Below are positions 30,527-38,927 of a stretch of 64,000 nucleotides of DNA, in pieces. Below the pieces are notes generated by a model. The model ran no database searches, had not been told where the DNA came from, and saw only the letters and a list, made by a program, of their open reading frames with translations. Within the stretch, counting starts at the first letter, position 1. Each line of letters begins with the position of its first letter. The position numbers were made by a program, and so were the translations under genes. Location of the stretch: positions 55,506 to 119,505 of the forward strand of contig JAFXEB010000003.1 in assembly GCA_017521025.1 (NCBI GenBank). Direction: 5' to 3'. The stretch is from Clostridia bacterium (lineage in GTDB: Bacteria > Bacillota > Clostridia > Oscillospirales > CAG-382).

Positions 30527-32502
30527 TTTTTCTCGACCTTCCCTTCAAACACGAACTTCTGGTGAATATCAGATATTGCAGCAAGATACTTTGACTGTAT
30601 TTTAGATTCAAAGCAAATTGCATTTACAGGAATCTGTCCATCATTACATTCGCCGATCATCAGATAGCTTTGGTACACATTACCAAGCATCCAAGAAAGC
30701 AACCTTTCTGCCGCTTCGATTTCGGCCTGGTTGCCATCGCCTATGCTCCACTCATATATGTATCTGCAATAAATTTCATCACTGTCGTAATACACATATG
30801 TCTTTTCATAATTTGTTAGAGTTGTCCTGATTTCGTTCAAAACCATCGTGGACGACAACATCACAGGACTTGTATTTTCGCTATTATTAAGGAACTCTTC
30901 CTTTTCGCAGAATCCTTCCAAGATAAAGTTTGCCTGTAGCAAACCAAGGTATCTGTCGTCATATGCAATATTTGTAGCGTCGAAATCATCAATGTTTCCA
31001 AAGTATTTATCCGAGTAGTCAATACAGCTGGCACCACTGGTTACAACATAAGCAATTGGCACTTCAATAGCAAGAGGCATTTGCTTTTTGTTGCTGTAAA
31101 AGTCGTTGTACTGACTTAGGAACATTGCGTTATTGAATTGATCAGAAGACAGCACATTATCAAGATCTGTTGCCTGCTCAATAATATCCGCAGGCAATCC
31201 AGAACTCTCAAATAATGTCGGCAGCTTCCCTTGCTTTTCCGCTTCTCTAATGCGGTTTTCATATTCCGATTCAGGTATTGCAATTACTTCTACCGTTACT
31301 CCTTCATATTTTTGCTCGAAGTCGGCCTTGATGGCAAGCATGGCATCTTCTTCGGAAGAACCGTCAGCTACAGAAAACCATACAACGATATCTGCCGGGT
31401 CAAGGAATTGCTCCTCCTGTTTATTGAGGTATGTATCGTATGCAAAGAAGGAGCCAATCAGCAGCACCAAGCAAGCAACTGCAATTCCAACAAACCTCTT
31501 TAGACTTCTCCGCTTCTTTTCTTTGGCAAGTGGAATAATCTTTCGCTCACCATTAATAGCACTCAAGAATTCCTGCACAGTTTTAAAGCGCATATGCTTC
31601 TCGATTGCCATAGCCTTCATAATCGCATTGCTAAGATTCTCCGAGACTAGCGGATTGAGTAGATGCGGAGGAACAACTTCGTCATTAATTTTACGATTAG
31701 TGGACTCATCGGGTTTCACACCGGTTAGCATCACATACAATGAAGCACCCAGAGCATAAATATCAGTCCACGGCCCGATATTCTTACTATTGTCATACTG
31801 CTCGGTGGGAGAATATCCAGGCTTAAGAATGATATCGATCACATCGTCGGTGCTGTCTGCTAATTTAGCAGCACCAAGATCCATCAGCTTAATCTTAATT
31901 TCTTTTCCGGAGCAAATATAAATATTATCCGGTGCGACATCTCTATGGACAATATTTTGTTCGTGCAAAGACTTAAGTGCATTTCCGACCTCGTTAGCAA
32001 TCATCAATGCAAAGTCAATATCAATTCTGTCTCCCGATTGATTAAGGTAATCGTTCAACGCAACACCACGAAGCAATTCCATAACGATATATGCTGTGTT
32101 GTTCTCTTCAAAGAATTCAAAAACATTGGGAATGCTTCTATGGGAACCGAATTTTGCCATATTTCTTGCCTCTGCAAGAAATCTTTCCTTCCGGTATTCG
32201 AATTCCTCCATTGACTTCTTTGTAATAATGAGGTTCTTCAATCCCTCTGCTCTTGTGACAAGGCGACTTACAAAGAATTCCTTCACAGCAACAATTGTCT
32301 CGAGTTTCAAATCCCACGCACTATAAACAATACCAAAGCCACCAGATCCAACAGCTTGTCCCAAAATATATCTGTTAGCCAGTATCGTGCCGGGCACAAG
32401 GTGGATTGGTTCCTTTGGCTTAGTTATCTCAACACTGCCGCAATGTGGGCAAACCTGAAATGCATCCTCATATTCCTTAAAGCAGGCATAACATCTCTTC
32501 AT
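30523..32502 (-). CDS. Ser/Thr protein kinase: N-terminal zinc ribbon, Hanks kinase (DLG variant), TM, SBP-like ectodomain
   Basis: CYACFKEYEDAFQVCPHCG; GSGGFGIVY...VAVK...HRDVAPDN...MDLGAAK...PGYSPTEQ. TM FVGIAVACLVLLIGSFFAY. The ectodomain VVWFSVADGS...FEQKYEGVTVEVIAIPESEYENRI...KLPTLFES resembles family-1 solute-binding proteins. It overlaps the downstream kinase gene by 4 nt. Confidence 0.85.
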   Translation of the reverse strand: MKRCYACFKEYEDAFQVCPHCGSVEITKPKEPIHLVPGTILANRYILGQAVGSGGFGIVYSAWDLKLETIVAVKEFFVSRLVTRAEGLKNLIITKKSMEEFEYRKERFLAEARNMAKFGSHRSIPNVFEFFEENNTAYIVMELLRGVALNDYLNQSGDRIDIDFALMIANEVGNALKSLHEQNIVHRDVAPDNIYICSGKEIKIKLMDLGAAKLADSTDDVIDIILKPGYSPTEQYDNSKNIGPWTDIYALGASLYVMLTGVKPDESTNRKINDEVVPPHLLNPLVSENLSNAIMKAMAIEKHMRFKTVQEFLSAINGERKIIPLAKEKKRRSLKRFVGIAVACLVLLIGSFFAYDTYLNKQEEQFLDPADIVVWFSVADGSSEEDAMLAIKADFEQKYEGVTVEVIAIPESEYENRIREAEKQGKLPTLFESSGLPADIIEQATDLDNVLSSDQFNNAMFLSQYNDFYSNKKQMPLAIEVPIAYVVTSGASCIDYSDKYFGNIDDFDATNIAYDDRYLGLLQANFILEGFCEKEEFLNNSENTSPVMLSSTMVLNEIRTTLTNYEKTYVYYDSDEIYCRYIYEWSIGDGNQAEIEAAERLLSWMLGNVYQSYLMIGECNDGQIPVNAICFESKIQSKYLAAISDIHQKFVFEGKVEKK

Positions 32503-32508
32503 GAGCCT

Positions 32509-33471
32509 TTACTCTCCTTTTGGCATAAACTCTTCCCAAGAGAATCCTTCTCCGCATAGAGGCATAAACATAAACTTACTATCACCCAACTCAATAACAT
32601 CTCTTGTAGCAAGTTGCTTCGACTCCGTGATGTAATCCTCGTTCAAGTATGTAAGACCGCTACTATCACCAGGTTGCAAGAAGAAGTTCCTCTTCTTGGG
32701 CTCGTACACAATCAATGCATGCTTAATTCTTGAAATGCTATTATCGTCCGTAATCACAATTCTATTTTCTTCGCTTCTGCCTATAGAATTTTTTCCTGCG
32801 AAAATGCTGAAGCACTCACCAAAATGACAGCCACCAATGCAGACAAGCCAACCTACAACGGGTTCTGCAAAACGCTTAGGTTGATTTTGAGCAGGCGTAG
32901 AACCTGTAGCAGAACTAAAATAGCTCATTGTCTTTCCTTCGTTGCTTGCAGAAGCATTCTTTACCGCCTCCTTCAGCGAGGACGGCGCTTCATTCTGCTT
33001 GGGTTCTTCCTTCGGAGTCTCATTTGCCTTTACCGGTTCTTCAACAACTATCGGCGCATCACTTGCAGGCACAACATTTTCAGATTGCTTTGTTTGAGCC
33101 GCCACATTTTCCACAACATTACTTGCTTTCGATTCGCCGTTATTGTCAGAGTGAGAAGATGTCTGCCAAAAATCCAATGTAGGATTCTTCTTAAGAGGAG
33201 GAGTAGATTGGTTCTCCGGAACCTTCCGTTCCATTACATCAGTAGGCGTACTTCCATTGCCAAATTCAGATTGCGGAACTCTTGATGGAGTTTTGATTAT
33301 AGGCTGAACATCAGCATCTTTCTCCTTGCGGCCTCTTCCCCAAAAGCCCTTCTTTTCTTCTTTGACCGGTGCCGCATTTTCAGCAACCATAGCGGTCTCG
33401 CCACAATGCGGACAGGTGCTATAGGAATCTCCATCAAAGAAATGGCCGTTTTTACATCTAATTACATTCAT
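32509..33471 (-). CDS. Zinc-ribbon / disordered linker / C-terminal FHA-domain protein
   Basis: RCKNGHFFDGDSYSTCPHCG; low-complexity P/E/K/N-rich middle. The FHA-like C-terminus reads ...NSIGRSEENRIVITDDNSISRIKHALIVYEPKKRNFFLQPGDSSGLTYLN... Confidence 0.75.
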   Translation of the reverse strand: MNVIRCKNGHFFDGDSYSTCPHCGETAMVAENAAPVKEEKKGFWGRGRKEKDADVQPIIKTPSRVPQSEFGNGSTPTDVMERKVPENQSTPPLKKNPTLDFWQTSSHSDNNGESKASNVVENVAAQTKQSENVVPASDAPIVVEEPVKANETPKEEPKQNEAPSSLKEAVKNASASNEGKTMSYFSSATGSTPAQNQPKRFAEPVVGWLVCIGGCHFGECFSIFAGKNSIGRSEENRIVITDDNSISRIKHALIVYEPKKRNFFLQPGDSSGLTYLNEDYITESKQLATRDVIELGDSKFMFMPLCGEGFSWEEFMPKGE

Positions 33472-33485
33472 TATTTACCCCTCCG

Positions 33486-34283
33486 TCACTTAATCTTTAT
33501 AAGAGCAACAGTCATATTGTCTCTCGACTCATTACTGTTTTTCGCATTCTTTTTCGCCTTCATTTCAAGGGCTTGAATTGCTTCGCCGATATTGCTGAAA
33601 TTATCGACAATACGAGCAATTTCAGAATCGGAAACCACCTTGTATAAGCCATCCGACATTATGATTATTTTATCATCCTTCATAAGCTCAAAAGGATTTT
33701 CCGAATAATCAATCAACGCAAGATTTCCTATCCCAAGGAAACTGATCAGTGCCTCTCCACGAATATCTTCTTGCTTAAAATCTGACTCACCTATAAGTCC
33801 GGCATTCAATTTCTCAACAAGAACGGTGTGATAATTATGATCTTGAGTAAGCTGAACCATTTCTCCATCTCTTATCAAGTAGGCTCTGCTATCACCAACC
33901 GAACACCACATCAGTTTTTTCCGATTTATCAGAATAGCCACTAATGTGCTTCCCGCTTTTAACAGACCACCCTGCTGATTCTTTAGTTGAGCGATTGATG
34001 AGTCAGTCTTCTTTGCAACATCCACCATAAAATCCGTCTGATTGGAAATCACAAAGTTTTCTGCATATCGCGACAGGAAAGTCTGCACCGCCAACTCACT
34101 GGCGAGCTTTCCGCCTTCGTGACCACCCATTCCATCACAGACAACCACCAGGCCCTCGTCCTGCTTCAGAATATAGCCAAAGCTATCCTGTTGATCCTCG
34201 CGATCACCAATAACTGACAGCGCAGCCATCTGGAAGGCAGAGTTTTCATCTTTCACCAATTGTTGGTCGCTATGATATAGCAT
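33486..34283 (-). CDS. PP2C (PPM) family Ser/Thr phosphatase
   Basis: GDREDQQDSFG...VVCDGMGGHEGGKLAS...IIMSDGLY...DNMTVALI. Confidence 0.88.
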   Translation of the reverse strand: MLYHSDQQLVKDENSAFQMAALSVIGDREDQQDSFGYILKQDEGLVVVCDGMGGHEGGKLASELAVQTFLSRYAENFVISNQTDFMVDVAKKTDSSIAQLKNQQGGLLKAGSTLVAILINRKKLMWCSVGDSRAYLIRDGEMVQLTQDHNYHTVLVEKLNAGLIGESDFKQEDIRGEALISFLGIGNLALIDYSENPFELMKDDKIIIMSDGLYKVVSDSEIARIVDNFSNIGEAIQALEMKAKKNAKNSNESRDNMTVALIKIK

Positions 34284-34294
34284 TTAGATCCCTC

Positions 34295-35029
34295 CTATTC
34301 ATTCCAAACAGCTATCGCTGAATAATTGTCCATATTTTTTCCTTCGCCGTTTGTTTGGACAATCCTGATCATATTAGTCAGCCATTCTTCAACAGAACTC
34401 GCTTTCTTCAATTGTGCACACATTTCCTTCTCATCAATCAGTTCCCAAAATCCATCGGAGCACAAGAGGAACGCTTGACACTTCTTTAGAGGAATTGGAG
34501 CCATAAGTTCATACCTTGGCTCATCCCATTCAACCCCCATTACGCGCAACAGCGTGTTGCGATCAGGGTGGTACCTAATTTGCGCTTCCTTGATTTCTCT
34601 TGAGAGAACTAACATCTGCGGAATACTGTGATCCAACGTTCTTGTTTTAACCTTGTTTTTATAAAACACATAGCCCCTTGAATCACCGATATGCCCGATA
34701 TATGCGTTTCGGTCATCTGTAACCACAGCTACACCGGTGGTTTTCATTTTTCTTTTTGCATTACGAACTTTCTGCTCAGCCATTAGGATATCCTGAGACG
34801 CAGTAAATGCCTGGCCAATAAAATTAACAGCATCATCTGTTTTGTTGAATTGATCCTCAAACACCGCAACAACCAATGATGAGGCAACATCACCCATGCC
34901 GTGACCTCCCAATCCATCACAGAGAATATAACAGGTGTTTTCGCCGTTTTTGAAAACACCCACGGAGTCCTCGTTGATTTGACGACCACCTACATTTGTA
35001 AAAATTGCATGTTTGAAATTACCACTCAT
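34295..35029 (-). CDS. PP2C (PPM) family Ser/Thr phosphatase (second paralogue)
   Basis: GGRQINEDSVG...ILCDGLGGHGMGDVAS...LLCSDGFWE...DNYSAIAV. Confidence 0.88.
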   Translation of the reverse strand: MSGNFKHAIFTNVGGRQINEDSVGVFKNGENTCYILCDGLGGHGMGDVASSLVVAVFEDQFNKTDDAVNFIGQAFTASQDILMAEQKVRNAKRKMKTTGVAVVTDDRNAYIGHIGDSRGYVFYKNKVKTRTLDHSIPQMLVLSREIKEAQIRYHPDRNTLLRVMGVEWDEPRYELMAPIPLKKCQAFLLCSDGFWELIDEKEMCAQLKKASSVEEWLTNMIRIVQTNGEGKNMDNYSAIAVWNE

Positions 35030-35059
35030 ATTTTATCTCCTACAAACCTAACGCGGTCT

Positions 35060-35368
35060 TTATTTACACAATGTATTCGCTCTATTGATTGCTCTGGCTT
35101 GCGCCTCTTTGTAGAGCTTAGATGCCTCACGAATCGAACCCGAATAACTTTTAAGTGTTGTCTTCATCTTGTCAGTAGTAGATCCGGAAGAATTAATCTC
35201 ATCCCATTCCTTCTTGACCTGTTGATAGTCGTCGCCTTTCCATGTGCTTCCCACAGATAGCATAGCCGAATCAATGGAAGTCATACCTTTGTCAAGCTGT
35301 GCAACATAGTTATCAACCTGATCAGCTGCCGCCAGCATCTTTTGATGATTCACTTTGATATACGCCAT
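35060..35368 (-). CDS. WXG100-like small helical protein (candidate toxin partner)
   Basis: Start at ATG 35368 after AGAGGTG: MAYIKVNHQKMLAAADQVDNYV...SVGSTWKGDDYQQV... It has a central W-K-G motif and is about 102 aa. Confidence 0.7.
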   Translation of the reverse strand: MAYIKVNHQKMLAAADQVDNYVAQLDKGMTSIDSAMLSVGSTWKGDDYQQVKKEWDEINSSGSTTDKMKTTLKSYSGSIREASKLYKEAQARAINRANTLCK

Positions 35369-35381
35369 ATAGACACCTCTT

Positions 35382-35687
35382 TCACTTAAAGGCAGCAGCC
35401 GCCGAGGAAACATTTTTTTCCGTAACCTCGTACCCTTCATCAACTTGTTTGCGTATGAATGTAACCAAATCATTTACAACTGAGAACCGTGCATCCGCGA
35501 AACTACGCTTTATGTATTCATACTTATTGGCACAAGAGTTTGATGCCTCGCCTACCCAATTCTGCTGTAATGTGCGAATAGCGGAGTCAATATCAGACAA
35601 GTCATCCCTGATCTTCTTATTTGCAGTATCAATCTGATCGGCAGTATTGGAAACAACTGCTGTATTAATTAAGATAGCCAATCCCAA
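35382..35687 (-). CDS. WXG100-like small helical protein (start uncertain, probably TTG)
   Basis: ...IDTANKKIRDDLSDIDSAIRTLQQNWVGEASNSCANKY... contains W-V-G. The upstream part of the 181-aa track ORF is an alternative frame of the neighbouring gene. A GGGAGG site precedes TTG 35687. Confidence 0.6.
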   Translation of the reverse strand: MGLAILINTAVVSNTADQIDTANKKIRDDLSDIDSAIRTLQQNWVGEASNSCANKYEYIKRSFADARFSVVNDLVTFIRKQVDEGYEVTEKNVSSAAAAFK

Positions 35688-36141
35688 AACGCCTCCCACG
35701 CATTCTTTGATTTTTCTTGTTTGAATCACTCGATTTCTTATTTGAACTACTATTTTTGCTTTGTGACTGAGCTTTAGCCTTTGCTTCCGCCTCCGCCTTG
35801 GCCTTTGCCTCTGCCTCCGTTTTAGCTCTGGCTTCCGCTTCTGCTCGAGCCTTTGCTTCTGCTTGGGCTCTTGCTTGAGCCTCAGCTCTTGCCTGTGCCT
35901 CGTCCTCTGCGCGTTTTCTCGCAGCAAACTCCTCTGTAACTGCAGACAAATCCATGTTGTTGAGTTTCTGCTTTACAGATTCATACTGTTTCGCCGCAGC
36001 AATTACGCTATTTGCACACTTCTCATTGCCAATACCCTCAAAATCACTGCTTATACCACCGGCAATACTATAGAGCTCATCGATAATGCCCTGCAGCTCA
36101 TTTTTAATTAAGTACAGTTCGTACTGTGCATTTGCATCCAT
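35665..36141 (-). CDS. Helical protein with Ala/Glu/Lys/Arg coiled-coil repeat and basic tail
   Basis: 158 aa. Helical N-terminus MDANAQYELYLIKNELQGIIDELY..., then RAEAQARAQAEAKARAEAEARAKTEAEAKAKAEAEAKAKAQ. Confidence 0.6.
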   Translation of the reverse strand: MDANAQYELYLIKNELQGIIDELYSIAGGISSDFEGIGNEKCANSVIAAAKQYESVKQKLNNMDLSAVTEEFAARKRAEDEAQARAEAQARAQAEAKARAEAEARAKTEAEAKAKAEAEAKAKAQSQSKNSSSNKKSSDSNKKNQRMRGRRFGIGYLN

Positions 36142-36152
36142 ACGATTTCCTC

Positions 36153-37790
36153 CTAAAATTGTTCGACCACGTTGCGCTCCGTGTGATCAAAGTCATTAGC
36201 TGTTTCCTCTAAATATTTAGCGCAGTTTGAAATACGCCCACTTGATCCTGTAAGCAAATCTGCTTGTAATAAATTAAACAAATCACGCAAACCTACTTTT
36301 AGGTATAGTGAATCCATTTTGCGATCAAGGGCGCAGAGTCTTCGATTTACTTTAACAAGCCGATCCGCATATCCTCTCAATGCCGCCGTGTTGGCACGAA
36401 TGTATGGATGCATTGTTACATATGCATTGGCGATGAACCCATCAAATGCACCTATAACTTTAGCATCTCCGCATCCTTTAGATGCATCAATGTTTTTTAC
36501 ATTACTATCAATTTTTCTCCAAAAGGAGTCAATATCCAATCCATCAATTTCTATTTTGGATAATATGAAAGTAATAATCTTGTCATCGTCATTATCTGTT
36601 AATTGTCCCTTTGTAAAGTCAATTAAGCCCGATAGTCCAACGATGCTAAAATCACCAACTTTTAATGTAAACAAATCATCAAGATTGCTCAATCCAATTG
36701 TAGTAAGAAGTTTATCTACATCTTCCGCAGATAGATTTTGCACATCCATATATTTAACTAGGTACGCTATTATCAAAGCAAGAGTATCAGTGTCCGCAAG
36801 ACAATCATTGATCATTTCTTGGACCTCCAATTTCTCTCCAGAAAATACCTTTGCGATCAACGGGCACAGATATCCTGTGATTTTCTTTTTTTCTTCGTCA
36901 CTTGCATTGTTGACAACAAATGTCGTAAACTCGTGTAACATTTTTATAGATTCGTCCTCGTCAGTTTCAATGATAGTGGGATTCCCTTTATCATCAACAA
37001 CAATATTACCATTTTCATCGGTCATAAAGAACGAATTTGGACTATGGTGTTCACCGGTATTCGCAATTCCAAATCCTTGACAATACACTTGTTTCGAGCC
37101 AGGTATAGGAAAAAGCAATGCGTGAACATAGTCGGTTGACACGGAATAGGCAGTAATTGTATCTGCTTTATTTATGATTTTCGGTCCATACTTATCTATA
37201 AACTCTTGTGAAACACCTTGTCCATCATATGCAACGCATCTCGTCACTTTGTCAGAGGTAACGGCCACATACATGGCTTTATTCGCCCCTTTTGAATGTC
37301 CTGTAACGGTTATGTTGTCATACGGGAGACTTTTGATATACTCTCGCGCTTCTAATTGACAAGGGGTGTCTGCAACATTTAGACCTTCAATATTGTCACC
37401 CCATTCACCTTTTGTAGTACCACGAAAAGCGACAATTGCTTCGTTTGAATTATTATCCTCGGAAAAGCAAAGAGCAAGCGTTGTTCCCTCGGAATCTTTC
37501 ATAGTGTCGGTCAATACAAGATCTTTCATTTCACTTGACTTCAAATAGCGAATGATCCCAGCCCACTCTTTTGCACTAACATATTCAATAGAAGTATCTC
37601 CTTTTGATTCAAGGGTGGCAAGGGCCTTTTCATCAAAACAATTGAGGATTTTGGAAATTGTCATATTTTTTTGTCCTGCATTAATACTGGTAAAACCACT
37701 TATACCAGCTTCAGATGCAACGCTTGAGTTGAGATAGGTTAATTGCTCAATCATTCCCAAATGATTATCTGTTAGAACCACGAATGTCAC
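36153..37790 (-). CDS. Mbeg1-like/DUF2974 alpha/beta-hydrolase (lipase) with long C-terminal helical domain; candidate T7SS toxin
   Basis: There is no signal peptide. VAFRGTTKGEWGDNIEG... and the nucleophile elbow ITVTGHSKGANKAMYVA lie in the N-terminal half. The C-terminal ~250 aa look helical. It is flanked by WXG-like genes and a lipoprotein gene. Confidence 0.7.
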   Translation of the reverse strand: MTFVVLTDNHLGMIEQLTYLNSSVASEAGISGFTSINAGQKNMTISKILNCFDEKALATLESKGDTSIEYVSAKEWAGIIRYLKSSEMKDLVLTDTMKDSEGTTLALCFSEDNNSNEAIVAFRGTTKGEWGDNIEGLNVADTPCQLEAREYIKSLPYDNITVTGHSKGANKAMYVAVTSDKVTRCVAYDGQGVSQEFIDKYGPKIINKADTITAYSVSTDYVHALLFPIPGSKQVYCQGFGIANTGEHHSPNSFFMTDENGNIVVDDKGNPTIIETDEDESIKMLHEFTTFVVNNASDEEKKKITGYLCPLIAKVFSGEKLEVQEMINDCLADTDTLALIIAYLVKYMDVQNLSAEDVDKLLTTIGLSNLDDLFTLKVGDFSIVGLSGLIDFTKGQLTDNDDDKIITFILSKIEIDGLDIDSFWRKIDSNVKNIDASKGCGDAKVIGAFDGFIANAYVTMHPYIRANTAALRGYADRLVKVNRRLCALDRKMDSLYLKVGLRDLFNLLQADLLTGSSGRISNCAKYLEETANDFDHTERNVVEQF

Positions 37791-37811
37791 CTCCGATCAA
37801 ACACAAGCTGT

Positions 37812-38573
37812 TTATTTATTAATATAAACAAGCTCCCTTGCATAGTAAAATTTATCTGACAAAAAATCTTCAAATGTGCTTTTTTCAACTTGGTCGACCA
37901 GGCAGTCTTTTAGGCGTATAAATTGAACGGATGAATAGAGCGAATGATCCGAAAGGAATCTCTTGCTCATATTGATAAAATTTTGGAATTCGGCATCCGA
38001 ACATGCTATTCCATCTACTAATATCCAGATTGCCGCCTCTGTTGCTCCATCAAACGCATTTTCCAATTTGGGAATTGCAGCGAGGGTGGTTTTCGTTATC
38101 GTCGCGAATACTTTTATTTCTGCTGTGGGCAGGAACTGCTTCATTGCGTTACACACATAATTTTCATAATCTTTTACCACTGCAACCGCAATATAATCAT
38201 CGATGTATCCATCTTGTGTTTTGGTAACAGAAAAAGTATGGTTGTTGTCATCAATAGTACACATTGTCACATGCTCTGCATCAGACCAACTCTTTGCTGT
38301 ATAACTAATATACTTCACAGTAATACCATACTTGTTTTCCGCGTGTACCAGCATTTCTTCGATGGTTATTATAACTCTTTTCTGGGTAGAAGTTAACTCA
38401 GCGTATCCCGTTGGCAATCCACGTGCAATGAGTATTTCTTTTTGTCTCTCGTTGAGCAGGACATCACTCTGATTTACGTTTTGATTATTTATATTGTTCA
38501 TCGTACAACCACACACCCCAATCATAAGTAATCCCAGAATTATAAAAATGAATACCAATCTTCTTGTATTCAT
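37812..38573 (-). CDS. Lipoprotein of unknown function (candidate immunity to the adjacent lipase)
   Basis: MNTRRLVFIFIILGLLMIGVCGC signal/lipobox. It lies immediately upstream of the lipase gene in the same operon. Confidence 0.55.
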   Translation of the reverse strand: MNTRRLVFIFIILGLLMIGVCGCTMNNINNQNVNQSDVLLNERQKEILIARGLPTGYAELTSTQKRVIITIEEMLVHAENKYGITVKYISYTAKSWSDAEHVTMCTIDDNNHTFSVTKTQDGYIDDYIAVAVVKDYENYVCNAMKQFLPTAEIKVFATITKTTLAAIPKLENAFDGATEAAIWILVDGIACSDAEFQNFINMSKRFLSDHSLYSSVQFIRLKDCLVDQVEKSTFEDFLSDKFYYARELVYINK

Positions 38574-38620
38574 TCACAGCTCTCCTTGACACAAGTCAAA
38601 AGCCGTTTTATCGTTCTTCG

Positions 38621-38914
38621 CTACTGAAACAAATCGTAGAGATTACATCTTAAATCTTCTTCTGGCTCATTGCAATTGTTTCTTATAGTCACCAATTCAT
38701 GCCTAATTTCCTCTATCCTATCACAAAATAATGTCAATTCATCTACAGGCGCTGAAGAAATTCTATCTTTTATAGAGAAGCCAGATAAGACCTGATCCAT
38801 TTCCAATTCCAAGCAATGAATTTTCTCCATTAAAATTTCGGCATCTCTTTTAACGGACTCCACATGAGTGATAAGGTTATCATAGTCCCTTAATGTGGGT
38901 ACAATTTTCGCCAT
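38621..38914 (-). CDS. Small helical hypothetical protein
   Basis: Start ATG 38914 after AGGAAGGGA (MAKIVPTLRDYDNLITHVESVKRDAEIL...). About 97 aa, with no recognisable motif. Confidence 0.45.
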   Translation of the reverse strand: MAKIVPTLRDYDNLITHVESVKRDAEILMEKIHCLELEMDQVLSGFSIKDRISSAPVDELTLFCDRIEEIRHELVTIRNNCNEPEEDLRCNLYDLFQ

Positions 38915-38927
38915 GATTCGTCCCTTC

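Noticed and set aside
35688-35927. Arg/Gln-rich N-terminal 80 aa of the 181-aa ORF (RQRQRPRRRRKQR...)
   Set aside because: It is the alternative reading frame of the (AEAKA)n repeat of the upstream gene. It is low complexity with no RBS, so I treat it as a shadow ORF.
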